Shown here: positions 26,600 to 39,066 of the stretch, in pieces | Position numbering within the stretch: the first letter of the stretch is position 1 | Layout of the letters: every line of letters begins with the position of its first letter | Source: Octopus bimaculoides | Taxonomy: Eukaryota | Direction: 5' to 3' | Length of the DNA stretch: 64,000 bases | Assembly: GCF_001194135.2 (NCBI RefSeq) | Contig: NC_068988.1 | Location: 42,654,451 to 42,718,450, forward strand | Notes under the pieces: model-generated | The model's input: the letters and a program-made list of their open reading frames with translations, nothing else | What the model was told of the DNA's origin: nothing | Database searches by the model: none | Translations under genes and position numbers: made by a program

Positions 26600-27255
26600 A
26601 ATGCAAGGTTAGAAAAGAATGAGGCTGGTACACGTCCAACAGAGTGCTAGTGTTTTGAGAGGCATAAGAAGAATTAGTTGTTATGTGCAAGATAGAAGGC
26701 TGCGCTTGTTTGGTCATGTGATGCGGATGGATGCTGACATCTCCATAAAGAAGTGCCAATCTCTCAAAGTAGATGGAACAGGTGGAAGTTGGAGACCTAG
26801 GAAGACATAGGATGAAGTACTGAAGAACGACCTCAGGATGCTGGACCTTTCAGGTGAGATGATAAGGGACCGAGATGCCTGGCACCTTGCTGTACTCAAG
26901 ACCTATACTCTGCAGCAGAAGTGTTAAGAGTGGTCCCTCTGGTGATGAAAAGCACTTGTGGTGCCGCATTAAAGTGCTTGTGCAGTGCCATGTTATAGTG
27001 CCTGTGTGGTGTCACATAAAAGAGTCGATGTGGCACTTCGTAAAAGTACCATGTGGCGCTACGTAAAAATGCTTGTGTGGTGCCATGTAAAAGCACCCGA
27101 CACACTCCGTAAAGTGGCTGGCGTTAGGAAGGGCATCCAACCATAGAAACCATGTCAAATCAGACTGGAGTCTGATACAGCTCTCCAGTTTGCCAGCTCT
27201 GGTCAAACCATCCAACCCATGCCAGCATGGAAAACGGATGTTAAATGATGATGAA
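26600..27255 (+). mobile_element. RTE LINE 3' end with 3' UTR and (GAT)n tail
   Basis: Encodes RRLRLFGHVMRMDADISIKKCQSLKVDGTGGSWRPRKT and runs into the GTTGGCGTTAGGAAGGGCATCC...GGACGTTAAATGATGATGA tail. This shows the many dispersed (CAT)n-headed repeats are 3' ends of this LINE. Confidence 0.88.
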
Positions 27256-27791
27256 TGAAGTTTCTACCAACACCTTTTCTACAGATCAAACAGGGCCACC
27301 TACCTGAAGGGGTTTGTGATTTGTCAGCCTTCCTACTTACTAAGACTTTGGTTTTTGCTGGGTTAACTGCAAGGCACTTTATCTCATTTAATATACACAT
27401 GCACCCATGCTGGTACCACATAAAAAACGTTCAGTACATTCTGTAGAGTGGTTGGCATTAGAAAGAATATCCAGCTGTAGAAACCATGCCCGAGCAGATA
27501 ATGGAGCCTTTTGCAGCCCCAGGCCTTACCAGCTGAGGTCAAACTGTCTAACCCATGCCAGCATGTAAAACAGACGTTAATCGATGATGATGATTTAAAT
27601 GTGCACTGCTATTAGTTTCATGTCTCTGCAAATAGAATGATCAGACAAGCCTGTAGAGCATTCCTTGTATTTTCAGACAATCATTCAGATTCCATCGGGA
27701 TGGTGGTAATGATCTGAGTAAGGAATTGGTAAATTTGGTGGTGGTTATTGTGATCATGATTTATTGTGTTCATTCTGTCCTCTTCCACCAG

Positions 27792-27920
27792 GTTGATGAC
27801 AGTATCCTCTGCCCATCTCACAGCATCGAAGAGGACTTCCTCCGGACAATGATATCATCGCACCTCATGACCTTCGGCCGCAGCGTCGTCATTGGTAAAC
27901 ATATCAAGCAAGTTAATCTC
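27792..27920 (+). CDS. C9orf72: C9orf72 coding exon 3
   Basis: CCACCAG acceptor. Encodes VDDSILCPSHSIEEDFLRTMISSHLMTFGRSVVIGKHIKQVNL (cf. AISSHLQTCGCSVVVG). GTAAGT donor; 129 nt. Confidence 0.92.
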
Positions 27921-29654
27921 GTAAGTAATTAGCACTAATTGTTTTAATGTCTTTATTTGGTATTTAACACAAGTTATTTTATTTGTTGTTGTTGTTTTTC
28001 GGGGCTAGAGTAGGGGGTGAAAGGATAACTCCCCCCCCCCCTTACAATTTGTAGTTTCTTATTTTGACATCACCGCGTCATCTCAGTCTCTTCTTTATGG
28101 TTGCCATAATTACAACTGGTTATTCTTAGTGTAATACAGAAGGTGTGTTGCCATGGTGAAGTTATTGCTATGGTAACTTTGTCTTTTTTAGATTATTATA
28201 ACTTAGTGTGGGGTTGGTGGGTAGTGTCTATGATCTTTGTAAGCCCTCTGAGATTGCTATGTGGTTGCTACAACAGCCTTGTCTCTCTGGCAACATTGTT
28301 GCTACAACAGTGCTGTCCATCTAGTAATGTGTTTTTTGCTACAAATGCTCTCTAGTAATGTGTTTTGCTATGGCAGCTCTGTATATTTCACCAAAATACT
28401 AGGGTTAATTTCAACAATTATACCACTGATTGCCACATTCTTAGACAAGTTAATAAGGTCCCTTGTTAACTTGTGTGAAAGTTTCTGTTTTCTCCAGTTG
28501 TTCGAATTAACAACCAAATTTCCCTCAAGTCACATTCTGTCATCTTAGAAAATGACATGTTGGATATTTTATCCCAGGGTTCCTGCTCATAGGAAAAAAC
28601 CTAGAATGGTTATGGCTGGAACGCCTTTGGTCACAGGTCTGTCCAATCAAGGTCTCTTCTATCTATTTTTCAAAAAGATCATGAATGCAATAATTAATAT
28701 AATAATCCTTCCTTACTATATGCACAAAGTCTGAAATATTGGGAGAGAGGGCTACTCAATTATGTTGCCCCCTCCCCAGTACTTCACTGGTACTTAATTT
28801 ATTGACCCCGAAAGGATGGAAAGCAAAGTCAATCTAATAATAAAATAAAATTGTTTCTAATTTAGACACAAGGCCAGCTAGCTTGAAGGGAGCAGGTAGT
28901 TGATATTAACTTCAGTACTTGGCTGGTGCTTTATTTTATTGATCCCCCACAAAGATGAAAGACAAAGTTGAACTCAGAATGTAAATAGCCAAAGCAAATA
29001 TAACAAGTCATTTTGTCTGATGCTCTAGTGATTCTGGCAATTCACTGCTCCCATGTTAATTGCCTTGGAAGCTGTTATTATTATCTTTGTTGTTATTATT
29101 ATTATAGCAGTGAGCTTAATTTGTAGTTATTATTAAGGCATGCTGGGCAAAATGCTTAGTGGCATTTCGTCTATCTCTATGATCTGAGTTCAAATTCTGC
29201 GGAGGTTGACTTTCCCTTTCATCCTTTCGGGGTCGATGAAATAAGTACCAGTTAAACACTGGGTCTCTGTAATTGACTAACACCCCCTCCTCCCAAATTT
29301 TAGGTCTTGTGCCTCTAGTAGAAAGGTTTATTATTATTTTTGTTGTTGTTGTTACAAGAGTACTTAAGTTCTTAGTAATGAAAAAGTTACCTATTGAAAG
29401 TTGATAGAGGATGAAGTAAATAAAAATGCCAAAATAACAAGAAAATGAGAAAGTTATATTCACCACTCCCAAAATACTATACAGGTATGATGCACTGCAG
29501 AAGTTCATGACGAACAGCATTTCTTGTGGAGACATAATGAGGCACAAATACATCTTGGCCTTCTGAATTGTCAATCTGTGTAATTTCAAAGTGTTTGTAA
29601 CCCTAACCTTAATCCTGACCCAAGAGTACAACAGGGGTACCCCACCCCCGCCCC

Positions 29655-29783
29655 ACCAGAGCCTTGTGGAGCTTTAGGTGTTTTCGCTCAATAAACACAC
29701 ACAACGCCTGGTCTGGGAGTTGAAACCGCGATCCTCCGACTGCGAGTCTGCTACTCTAACCACTGGGCCATTGCACCTCCACA
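29655..29783 (-). mobile_element. SINE C head fragment
   Basis: Reverse complement of the first ~130 nt of the 8855 copy. Confidence 0.85.
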
Positions 29784-30466
29784 TCATCTCATATAAAATA
29801 ACCAAATGAAAAAATGTTTGATAATTTTTGGAGCAACATATTTATTCAATATACAAGGACGTATACTACCTTGCTCATGTTTTTTCATTTTAACCTGAAT
29901 CCAGTCCACATTGTAAAATAGTTGGCATTTAGAAGGGCATCTAGCTGTAAAAACCTTGCCAAAACTGACCTTGCCTGTGCTTGTGCCATGTAAAAAGCAC
30001 TCGGTCCACTCTGCTGGGTGGTTGGTGCTAGGAAGGGCATCTAGCTGTAAAAACACTGTCAAAACTGACACAGAAATCTGGTGCAGGTTTCTGCCTGGCT
30101 GACTCCCGCCTGGCTGGCTCCTGTCAAACCATCCAATCCATGCCAGCATGGAAGGCAGATGCTGAATGATGATGTGCCTGTCCTGTATATTACATGTGAT
30201 ACACAGAATATATTTCCCCAGCATACATTCATCATATATAAATATGCATTTCCAATTTTTTGCAACTGCCAGAATACCTTGGGGACTTGAGAAAGGAAAG
30301 CTACTCAGAACTTATGAAACAAGGGTTAACTAAAAGTCTGAACACAAGCATGGATGTTTGAGACAAACTTATGAAAATGCTTTGGACAGGCAAAGAGTTA
30401 AAATAAACTAAAACAAATGTGAAAATAACAATCCTGATTTTGATTCTCATTTTCCCTCTGTGAAAG

Positions 30467-30589
30467 GTTATTAACACACTGGCGTTATTTAACACACCAG
30501 AAGAGAGATTATGTTCACGACGTGTCTTGGACCAGACAGGCAAGATGTGGCCATATCATCATGATCTTTACCTTCAAGGTATTGTTGCT
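30467..30589 (+). CDS. C9orf72: C9orf72 coding exon 4
   Basis: GAAAG acceptor after pyrimidine tract. Encodes VINTLALFNTPEERLCSRRVLDQTGKMWPYHHDLYLQGIVA (cf. IVRTLCLFLTPAERKCSR...GLFVQGLLK). GTAAGT donor; 123 nt. Confidence 0.92.
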
Positions 30590-31221
30590 GTAAGTTATTT
30601 GTTTATTGTTTTGTTTATGAATTTTTTCTCTCACGATTTTCTTTGTTTAATAAATAACTCTAAGATCAGATTAGATTTTAAATTCTTACTTTAATATCTA
30701 TCCACCATCTTGTCTACAACAACCTTGGGTACCTTTTTGAATTCCATACATCTAACACTCATGGACATGCTTACAAAATCAAAAAAACAACACAACACTC
30801 ATGACTTTCAGAAACATTTTTTTCACATTCAGAATTGCTGAAGCATGGAATAAAATATCCACATCAGTTGTTAGCAGTTGAGATACTACATTCTTCAAAA
30901 CTTCTGTGCTTCCTGAAATTTGCTGATGGTACACCTGATATCCCCACACTGTTTTTTTAAAAATTATTCACAGTTCACTACCTGTGCATATTCTATGTAC
31001 TGTTCACACACTTTTAGTTACTTTTTCTGATGAGTTTTAGTGCATCTGAGCACTGTTTACAATAAATTCATTATATACTAAATTTATTTTCATAATAAAT
31101 ATAGTTATTTCCATATGTTTAATAAAGGTTTAGTTTTCTAATGTAATGCAGTAAATTCAGCAATGACTTCAAATAAGCATTCCCCGTTCCTGCTGTATGT
31201 CTTCCATTAACTATTTGGCTG

Positions 31222-32732
31222 CATTGGCATAGGCCACGGGTTATGGTCTCACTTGGCTTGCCGGGTCTTCTCAAGCACAACATATCTCCAAAGGTCTCGG
31301 TCACTTGTCGTTGCCTCTGTGAGGCCCAATGCTGGAAGGTTATGCTTCACCACCTCATCCCATGCCTTCCTGAGTCTACCTCTTCCACAGGTTCCCTCCA
31401 CTGTTAGGGTGTGACACTTTTCCACACAGCTGTCCTCATCCATTTGCAACCCATGACCATACCAGCTCAGTCGTCTCTCTTGCACACCACATCTGATGCT
31501 TCTTAAATCCAACTTTTCTCTCAGGGTGCTTACACTCTGTCATGTATGCACACTGACATTACACATCCAGCGGGACATACTAGCTTCATTCCTTGCAAGC
31601 TTACGCATGTCCTCAGTAGTCACAGTCCATGTTTCACAGCCATGTAGCATGGTTGTTTGCACACATGCGTCATACAGTCTACCTTTTACTCTGAGCAAGA
31701 GGCCTTTGTCACCAGCAGAGGTAGGAGCTCTCTGAATTTTGCCCAGGCTATTCTTATTCTAGCAGCTACACTTTCAGAGCATCCACCCTCGCTACTAACT
31801 TGGTCACCTAGGTAACAGAAGCTATCAACTACTTGTAGTTTTTCCCCCTTGAATGTGATGGAAGCAGTTTTCTGCACATTTCCAGTGTTTATTGCACCTG
31901 AGCATTTGCTACACACAAAAGCTATCTTCCCAGTTAGCCTTCCTGTGATATTGCTGCACCTCTTATATGTCCATAGCTTACACTGGGTACATCTTATGGA
32001 GTTTCTACCTACACCTTTTCTATAGATCGAGCAGGGCCATCTACCTGAATGTATTAAGATTTTGGTTTTTGCTAGGTTGACTCTTTGATTCTAGACCTTG
32101 CTTCCACACCTGAAACTTCTTCTCTAGTTCTGATAGTGTCTCAGCTATTAGAGCAAGGTCATCAGCATAGAGAAGCTCCCAGGGGCATCCTGTCTTGAAT
32201 TCCTCTGTTATTGCCTGGAGGAATATGATGAATAAGAGGGGGCTGAGGACTGATCCTTGGTGGACCCCTACTCCTACCCAGAATTCATCACTGTACTTGT
32301 TGACAACCCTCACCTTACTGACAGCATCCCTGTACATGGCCTGTACAGCTCTCACTAACCATTCATCTATCCCTAGTTTCCTCATTGACCACCAGATAAG
32401 GGATTGGGGGACCCTGTCAAAGGCTTTCTCCATGTCAACGAAAGCTAGGTACAGAGGTTTATCTTTGGCTAGGGATTACTCCTGCAACTGTCTTACCAGA
32501 AATATAGCATCAGTGGTGATTTTTCCCTGGCACAAACCCAAACTGCATCTCGTCTAGACTGACTCTCTCCCTAATTAGTTGGGCTATGACTCTCTCCGTG
32601 ACTTTCATTACCTGATCCAACAACTCAATACCTCTGTAATTATTTGTATCTAATGCATCACCTTTACCATTGTAGCAGTTGACTATGGTGCTGCTACACC
32701 AGTCATTGGGTATGACTCCTTCATGTATTTAT
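31222..32732 (-). mobile_element. 5'-truncated RTE-clade LINE (RT domain, PHD-like finger, C-terminus), pseudogenised
   Basis: Peptides NYRGIELLDQVMK, QFGFVPG, LAFVDMEKAFDRV, GVHQGSVLSPLLF, LLYADDL, then a Cys/His cluster, VDSFCYLG, RIRIAWAKF and RRLSWYGH. In-frame stop and frameshifts. Antisense in C9orf72 coding intron 4. Confidence 0.93.
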
Positions 32733-33552
32733 AATAATCGTAGCAGCTAGAAGGACAGACATACTGCAGCAAAGTTTGTACCTAAATAGGTCAGTTCCTG
32801 TCCATTTGAACTTCACCTGACATAGCTGAGGTCGTAGGTCAAAGGAGATGATCAATCACCTTTTGACAGGACAAAGAAAACTTTTTTCATGCCTGTTGAT
32901 CATGGTGGTTTGGACGACCAAGAATTCTTACATTCGGTTTCGAATCTAGGCTTGGAGAAGGAAATGTTAATTTTTACACTTGTAACCTTAGATATCCATA
33001 TGATTTCAATAAGCCCTCAAATTGCTCTGAACCTTTCTGTTAATCTTTCCTGTTCCTAAGAGCCTCAACAGGACATTCTGTTTCAATCTCCTTTATCCAT
33101 TTGTCTACTTCATCACTCACAATTCCTAATGCACCATTTGTCACAGGTACGACCATTACAATTTCAAATCCTCATAGTCTCAAATTTGGAAGGATTGTAG
33201 TTTTTCAACTTTTCATTTGTTTTCTTCACAATTTTTATATGAAATGGACATGGTAGATCAATCATTGTGCAAATCTGATTTTATTTGTTTATTACTGTAA
33301 TTACTCTCCTCCTCCTCCTACTGCCACCACGACCACCACCACCACCACCACCACCAATCGACTAGTAATCGACTAGTCCCCTCCCCCCAAAATTTTAGGC
33401 CTTGTGCCTTTAATAGAAAGGATTATTATTATTATTATTATTATTATTAAAGTCAAGTTTGACCTATAAAACACTAAAAGGAAGTCACCATGTTTAAAAG
33501 ATGAAGAATTTGAATGTCACTCATCTTATTTGTTGATATTTTTTTATTTCAG

Positions 33553-33749
33553 GAACCAGGTAGCAAGATCTCTCACCTGATGAAAGATATGTTGACCAGT
33601 AAATACCCAAGTTCTGTCATAGACCTGAATCTACAGAGAGTCTTGCAGACCCCTGATCATTCCAGTCACGAGACCTATCGGCAAGAGATGCTGAAGAACG
33701 AACTTATTTGTCTGCATTATGATGATAACTATGAATCCTACATGAAACG
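33553..33749 (+). CDS. C9orf72: C9orf72 coding exon 5
   Basis: TTTCAG acceptor. Encodes EPGSKISHLMKDMLTSKYPSSVIDLNLQRVLQTPDH...YMK (cf. YPTTHIDVDVNTVKQMP). GTGAGT donor, phase 2; 197 nt. Confidence 0.9.
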
Positions 33750-33842
33750 GTGAGTAAGTCTTTCTGTTTCAGTTACTATCATCATCATCATCATTGCTGT
33801 TGTTGTCATCAGTGTTTAGTTATGTCTTATGATGTTCTGAGC

Positions 33843-34228
33843 GGAGGCGCAATGGCCCAGTGGTTAGGGCAGTGAACTCACGGTCATAGGATCGCGGTTT
33901 CGATTCCCAAACCGGGTGTTGTGAGTGTTTATTGAGCAAAAACACCTAAAGCTCCATGAGGCTCTGGCAGGGGATGGTGGCGAACCCTGCTGTACTCTTT
34001 AACCACGACTTTCTCTCACTCTTTCTTCCAGTTTCTGTTGTGCCTGTAATTCAAAGGGTCAGCCTTGTCACACTGTGTCACGCTGAATATCCCCGAGAAC
34101 TACGTTAAGGGTACACGTGTCTGTGGAGTGCTCAGCCACTTGCATGCTAATTTCACGAGCAGGCTGTTTTGTTGATCCGATCAACTGGAACCCTCTATGT
34201 CGTAAGCGACGGAGTGCCAACTACAACA
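33843..34228 (+). mobile_element. SINE C, full length with TSD
   Basis: 13-bp TSD ATGATGTTCTGAG at 33829-33841 and 34229-34241. Confidence 0.92.
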
Positions 34229-34435
34229 ATGATGTTCTGAGTTTCAACTAGCACCTATGTCAACTTTGTTGTCCATATTTTGGGGCCAATAGAATATAGT
34301 GCGAGTCAACTTTTGGGGTCCATTTAATTGACAGTTTCGCCACCTCATGCAAATTCGAGGCTTTTATTATTTTACAAATCATTATTTGTTGCCACTGTCT
34401 CACTACCATTTAGTATGATATTCCTTGCGCACAAT

Positions 34436-34900
34436 CCATGTCTCACCACCATGTATCATCACTCACCTTATTCATACACCATGTCACACCACCATATATC
34501 TTTACTCATGTTCCATGTCTTACTACTATGTACTATCACTCACGTTACACACATTCCATGTCTCATCACCATTTACCATTACTCCCCTTTCTCATTCCTT
34601 ATCTCACCACCTTGTGCCATCACTCACCTTTACTCATATTCCATCTCTCAGCACCGTATACCATCAGTCACCTTACATTCCATGGCACACTAATATGTAC
34701 CATCACTTACATTACTCATATTCCATGTTTTACAACTACGTACCATTACTTACCTTGTATTCTATATCACACTGCCATATACTGTCAGTCACCTTACTCA
34801 TACTCCATGGTCTCGGCAATATGTATCATCACTCACCTTACTTCTACTCCATGTCTCACAACAAAAGTTGGAAGTTGTCATCACTACTATTATCATTGAC
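34436..34900 (+). repeat. Degenerate ~41-bp minisatellite (about 11-12 units)
   Basis: Recurring CCATGTCTCACCACCATGTA(T/C)CATCACTCACCTTA(C/T)TCATA. Confidence 0.85.
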
Positions 34901-35231
34901 ATCTTTATAACCAACTTGTTTCTTAGCTACTAATTATTGTATCAAGTCGATTACCCCCCAATAGGACAGTTCCCCCGATGACAACCCCCTAGGAAATTAT
35001 CCCCCTTGGTTAATTACCCCGTCTCCAATGTATTAAGTTTTAAATCATCTGTTGTCCTCAGGGGTAATTGTCTTCGGGAGATTATTGTACATGAGGGGTA
35101 AATTTCATAGACTCACTAATTATACCACTGGTTAAGCTTCCACCACTATCATTTCCCAGTCCAGTCCACATCATCATCATCATCATCACCACCACTGCCA
35201 TTATAACATTGATAATTGTTTTGTGTTGCAG

Positions 35232-35292
35232 TAAAAATTTTGTTAATGTCACAGACTGTGTCGAATCATTTGTGAAAACGCTCCGGAAAGAG
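35232..35292 (+). CDS. C9orf72: C9orf72 coding exon 6
   Basis: TTGCAG acceptor. 61 nt restores phase 0: (R)KNFVNVTDCVESFVKTLRKE (cf. DTLVKAFLDQ). GTGAGT donor. Confidence 0.85.
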
Positions 35293-35479
35293 GTGAGTAA
35301 CTTTAATGGTAACGTTCAATCCTAGCTTTATGTAGTGAGGTGGGGCTTGTTTAGTCATGAGATTAAACCATGAGTAGATTGGTGAATTTGATTGAAGATT
35401 GATAGATTTAATAAATTTCTTTGAATGGAAGCGGTGGGTTGATTAATGGAAAGGTTTAACTCATGAGTGATAGAGCAGG

Positions 35480-35847
35480 GGAGGCGTAATGGCCCAGTGG
35501 TTAGGGCAGCGGACTCGCGGTTTCGATTCCCAGATCGGGTGTTGTGGGTGTTTATTGAGCGAAAACACCTAAAGCTCCACGAGGCTCCGGCAGGGGATGA
35601 TGGCGAACCCTGCTGTACTCTTTCACCACAACTTTCTCTCACTCTTACTTCCTGTTTCTGTTGTGCCTGTAATTCAAAGGGTCAGCCTTGTCACACTGTG
35701 TCACGCTGAATATCCCTGAGAACTACGTTAAGGGTACACGTGTCTGTGGAGTGCTCAGCCACTTGCACGTTAATTTCACGAGCAGGCTGTTCTGTTGATC
35801 GGATCAACTGGAACCCTTGACGTCGTAAGCAACGGAGTGCCAACAAC
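35480..35847 (+). mobile_element. SINE C, full length with TSD
   Basis: 11-bp TSD GATAGAGCAGG at 35469-35479 and 35848-35858. Confidence 0.92.
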
Positions 35848-36759
35848 GATAGAGCAGGAATGAGCTGTTTCATTTTAGCTTACTGGTTGACTGAGCTGAC
35901 CTGGGTGTTTAATGCTAACATTTAGCCTATGGTTGATTGAGTTATGGTAGGGAGTTTTATGATAAGATTTAGGTCATAGTTTATGGAACTATGGTGGGTA
36001 GTTTGAAGATGAGATTTAATCTATGGTTTACAGAGTTGAGGTGGATAGATTAATGACACGATATAATACATGATTAGTTAAATATCAATTAAGCAATGCT
36101 TCATTAATATTTGGTGGTTAGAGAAAGATATATCCCAGAGTTGGTGACATGGGATGTTTACTCGTTTGGTAAGATTTAACTTAGCATTTCCAGCCCTATG
36201 AGTCTATATGACTTGGGAAAGACCTTTTGGTGAAGGTTCATGACTTAGTGTTTAGGGAATTCAGCTTGTGATCATAAGGTTGTGAGTTCGATATCCAGCA
36301 GTGCCCTTGAGTAAGACCCTTTATTTCACGTTGCTCCAGTCCACTCAGCTGGCAAGAATGAGTAGTACTTGTCATTCAAAGGGCCAGTTTTGTCACATTC
36401 TGTGTCACTGAATTGCCCTGAGAACTACATTAAGGGTATGCATGTTTGTGGAGTTCTCAGCCACTTACACGTTACTTTTACGAGCAGGCTGTTAACATTG
36501 ATTGGATCAGCTGGCATTTAAATCAGTTCAAATATGTTTGGAACTAATTTGACCTGTATTTTATAGACTGTTTTCAATGCAGTTTCCTGTTGAGAAAAAT
36601 TCTCCTTTTAGGTAATTTGTGTTTTTAATGCCTATTGCATAAAGAGAAAATTTTTCAATGATAAACCACAGTGAAAACAGACTTTTTACAGGTCAAATAT
36701 GTCCCAAACATATTTGAATTGATCTGAATCTTTGTTTGCTTACATTCCTGCTTTCATGT

Positions 36760-37085
36760 GCTTACTATGATACATTCGGCCAGTAAGACATTTGAGCGAG
36801 ATCGTTGCCAGTGCCGATGGACTGGCTCCTGTGCAGGTGGCATGTAAAATACACTATTTCGAGCGTGGCCGTCGCCAGTACCGCCTGACTGGCCCTCGTG
36901 CCGGTGGCACGTAAAAGCACCCACTACACTCTCGGAGTGGTTGGCGTTAGGAAGGGCATCCAGCTGTAGAAACTCTGCCAAATCAGATTAGAGCCTGGTG
37001 TCGCCTCCTGGTCCACCAGTCCTCAGTCAAATCGTCCAACCCATGCTAGCATGGAAAGCGGACGCTAAACGACAACGATGATGAT
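36760..37085 (+). mobile_element. RTE 3' UTR-derived insertion (young, CpG-rich)
   Basis: Same tail as 26950-27255, ending AAACGACAACGATGATGAT. Confidence 0.8.
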
Positions 37086-37496
37086 TGAATTGATTTAGTT
37101 GGGCTATTTGATAGTCAGATTTAACTAATTTTATAGTGCACTTATCCCCTACAGAGATAAATTGTAACTTCCTTAGAGAAACTGATCTGATAGGTCAGAA
37201 AAGTTGACATATTCTCAGATCAGGATATGTACTATGATCAAGCAATGACTGATAATCTAGACACAAAATACTTGTTATCAAGTATGACAAGCAAGGCTCT
37301 GTGTATGGTATGTACAGCTTTATCTGGTGTACCTTCTTTAATCTCTCAGAAAATGAATCTAGTGTTAACATTGCTTTCAGAGTTTTCCAAATAAGTAAAC
37401 ATCTTTACCTTTAATCCTGTTATTGTTGTCACTGTTTTTATTATTTTTATTTGTTTTATGTACACAAATGGTTACAGAAATTGTGGCACACTGGCA

Positions 37497-37720
37497 TTAA
37501 CCCTTTAACATTCATGTTATTCTGTCAAAAGTAATTTATTCACATTGTTTTCAATTAACCACGTGTTATCTTGTAGCTTTGAGATTTTAAAGAGGTAACT
37601 GTTAATTTTAGAATTATGTTGTAATGTAGGTGTGATAGGCCACATCTAACCAGTTTTAACATGAAGCAAGTAGAATATTTAAGTCAGATATGGTCAATTT
37701 AAATGCTAAAACATTAAATA
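37497..37720. mobile_element. TTAA-flanked MITE (piggyBac-type ends)
   Basis: TTAA-CCCTTTAACATT...AAATGCTAAA. Related copies at ~19000-19195 (ends AATGCTAAAGGG-TTAA) and ~43307-43500. Confidence 0.65.
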
Positions 37721-38146
37721 AATATTATGTAGTATTGACTTGTGTTTCTCTATAATTTGAGATCATATTTTTAGAATTTACTTTATTTTTCCTTCTCTTC
37801 ATGCTCCATAAAATAAAGACTAGAGATTCAATGGTCATCAAAACACTCTATCATATATGCTTGTAATCTTGTACTAACCATTAAGGTTGCAAGTTGGCAG
37901 AATCATTAGCACACCAGGTAAAATGCTTAGCAGTATTTCATTCATCACGACGTTCTGAGTTCAATTCCGCCGAGGTCAACTTTGCCTTTCATCCTTTTAG
38001 GGTCAATAAAATAAGTATCAATAGAGCATTGGGGTCGGTGTAATCGACTTACTTCCTCCCCCGAAAATGCTGGCCTTGTGCCAAATTTTGAAACCGATAT
38101 ACGAAATTACTATTGTTGTTTACAAGATCTTTGTTGCCTGTTTCAG

Positions 38147-38271
38147 CTTCTACAGCTGCCCAGAATCTCTTCAGGAAACCTGTGTGGTGTGTGGGAATCA
38201 CATATTAACAACTTTCTCTGGTTATTACAGAGAAAAGCTCTATGTCTTATCAAATATGTTGAACAGGAAAC
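38147..38271 (+). CDS. C9orf72: C9orf72 coding exon 7
   Basis: TTTCAG acceptor. Encodes LLQLPRISSGNLCGVWESHINNFLWLLQRKALCLIKYVEQE (cf. QFLLVLHRKALTLIKYIEDDT). GTAAGT donor, phase 2; 125 nt. Confidence 0.93.
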
Positions 38272-38566
38272 GTAAGTCTTGCTTGTACTTCACTTTAATT
38301 TCTACAGATAACTTCGTTTTCCTATTGTCCTTCGTTGTATTTACCTCCCTTTCCTTGCACATCTCGTTTCTCTTTCTCTTAAAAAAAAAATAAATAAAAT
38401 TATGGAGAATGGTAGAAATTACGATTGCTCACTTTTCATCATCAAGTTATCTACTTTGCCAAGCTTTCATAAGTTAGACCGATCAGATTTTTATTTTTTA
38501 TTGCTGTCCTCTTAGATGGGTCAGGAACTATATGTGGTCTTGCGCGTACATTACATTTTGATGGCT

Positions 38567-38605
<39 letters not shown>

Positions 38606-39066
38606 GAGTGAGAGTGTGTATGTGTGTGTGTGTGTAAACGCTTTGAAGCATTTACTCCTAATCACTCAAACCTGGTTTGTCAGCAAATTATCTGCCCTTA
38701 GGATGTTAGTACTCGAAGATTTACCTCCCTTACAATATCGGTGTCTTGTCTCCCCCTGCACTTCCCTTCTCATGCTTCCTCTTCCTGTCAGTCCCTTGAC
38801 CATTGACGTCAAGGCCCTCTTCTTCTGACTCATCCCCACAGTAATCTAGCGGTTCAGCAAATGAGACTGATAGAATAAGTACTAGGCTTACAAAGAATAA
38901 GTCCTGGGGTCGATTTGTTCGACTAAAGGTGGTGCTCCAGCATGGCCGCAAAAAGAAAAATTCAGCAGTATATTAATCAAAATTTTCTAGAAAGATTAAA
39001 ATTATATATTACAGAGATGTACTTGCATAGCAAGCGACCTGATCTGAGATCATGTGCTGGAACAAA

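Noticed and set aside
30579-30589. Alternative donor AAG|GTATTG in exon 4, and GTAAGT at 33754 after exon 5
   Set aside because: The first shifts the frame (112 nt); the second includes an in-frame TGA. The chosen donors preserve frame and homology.
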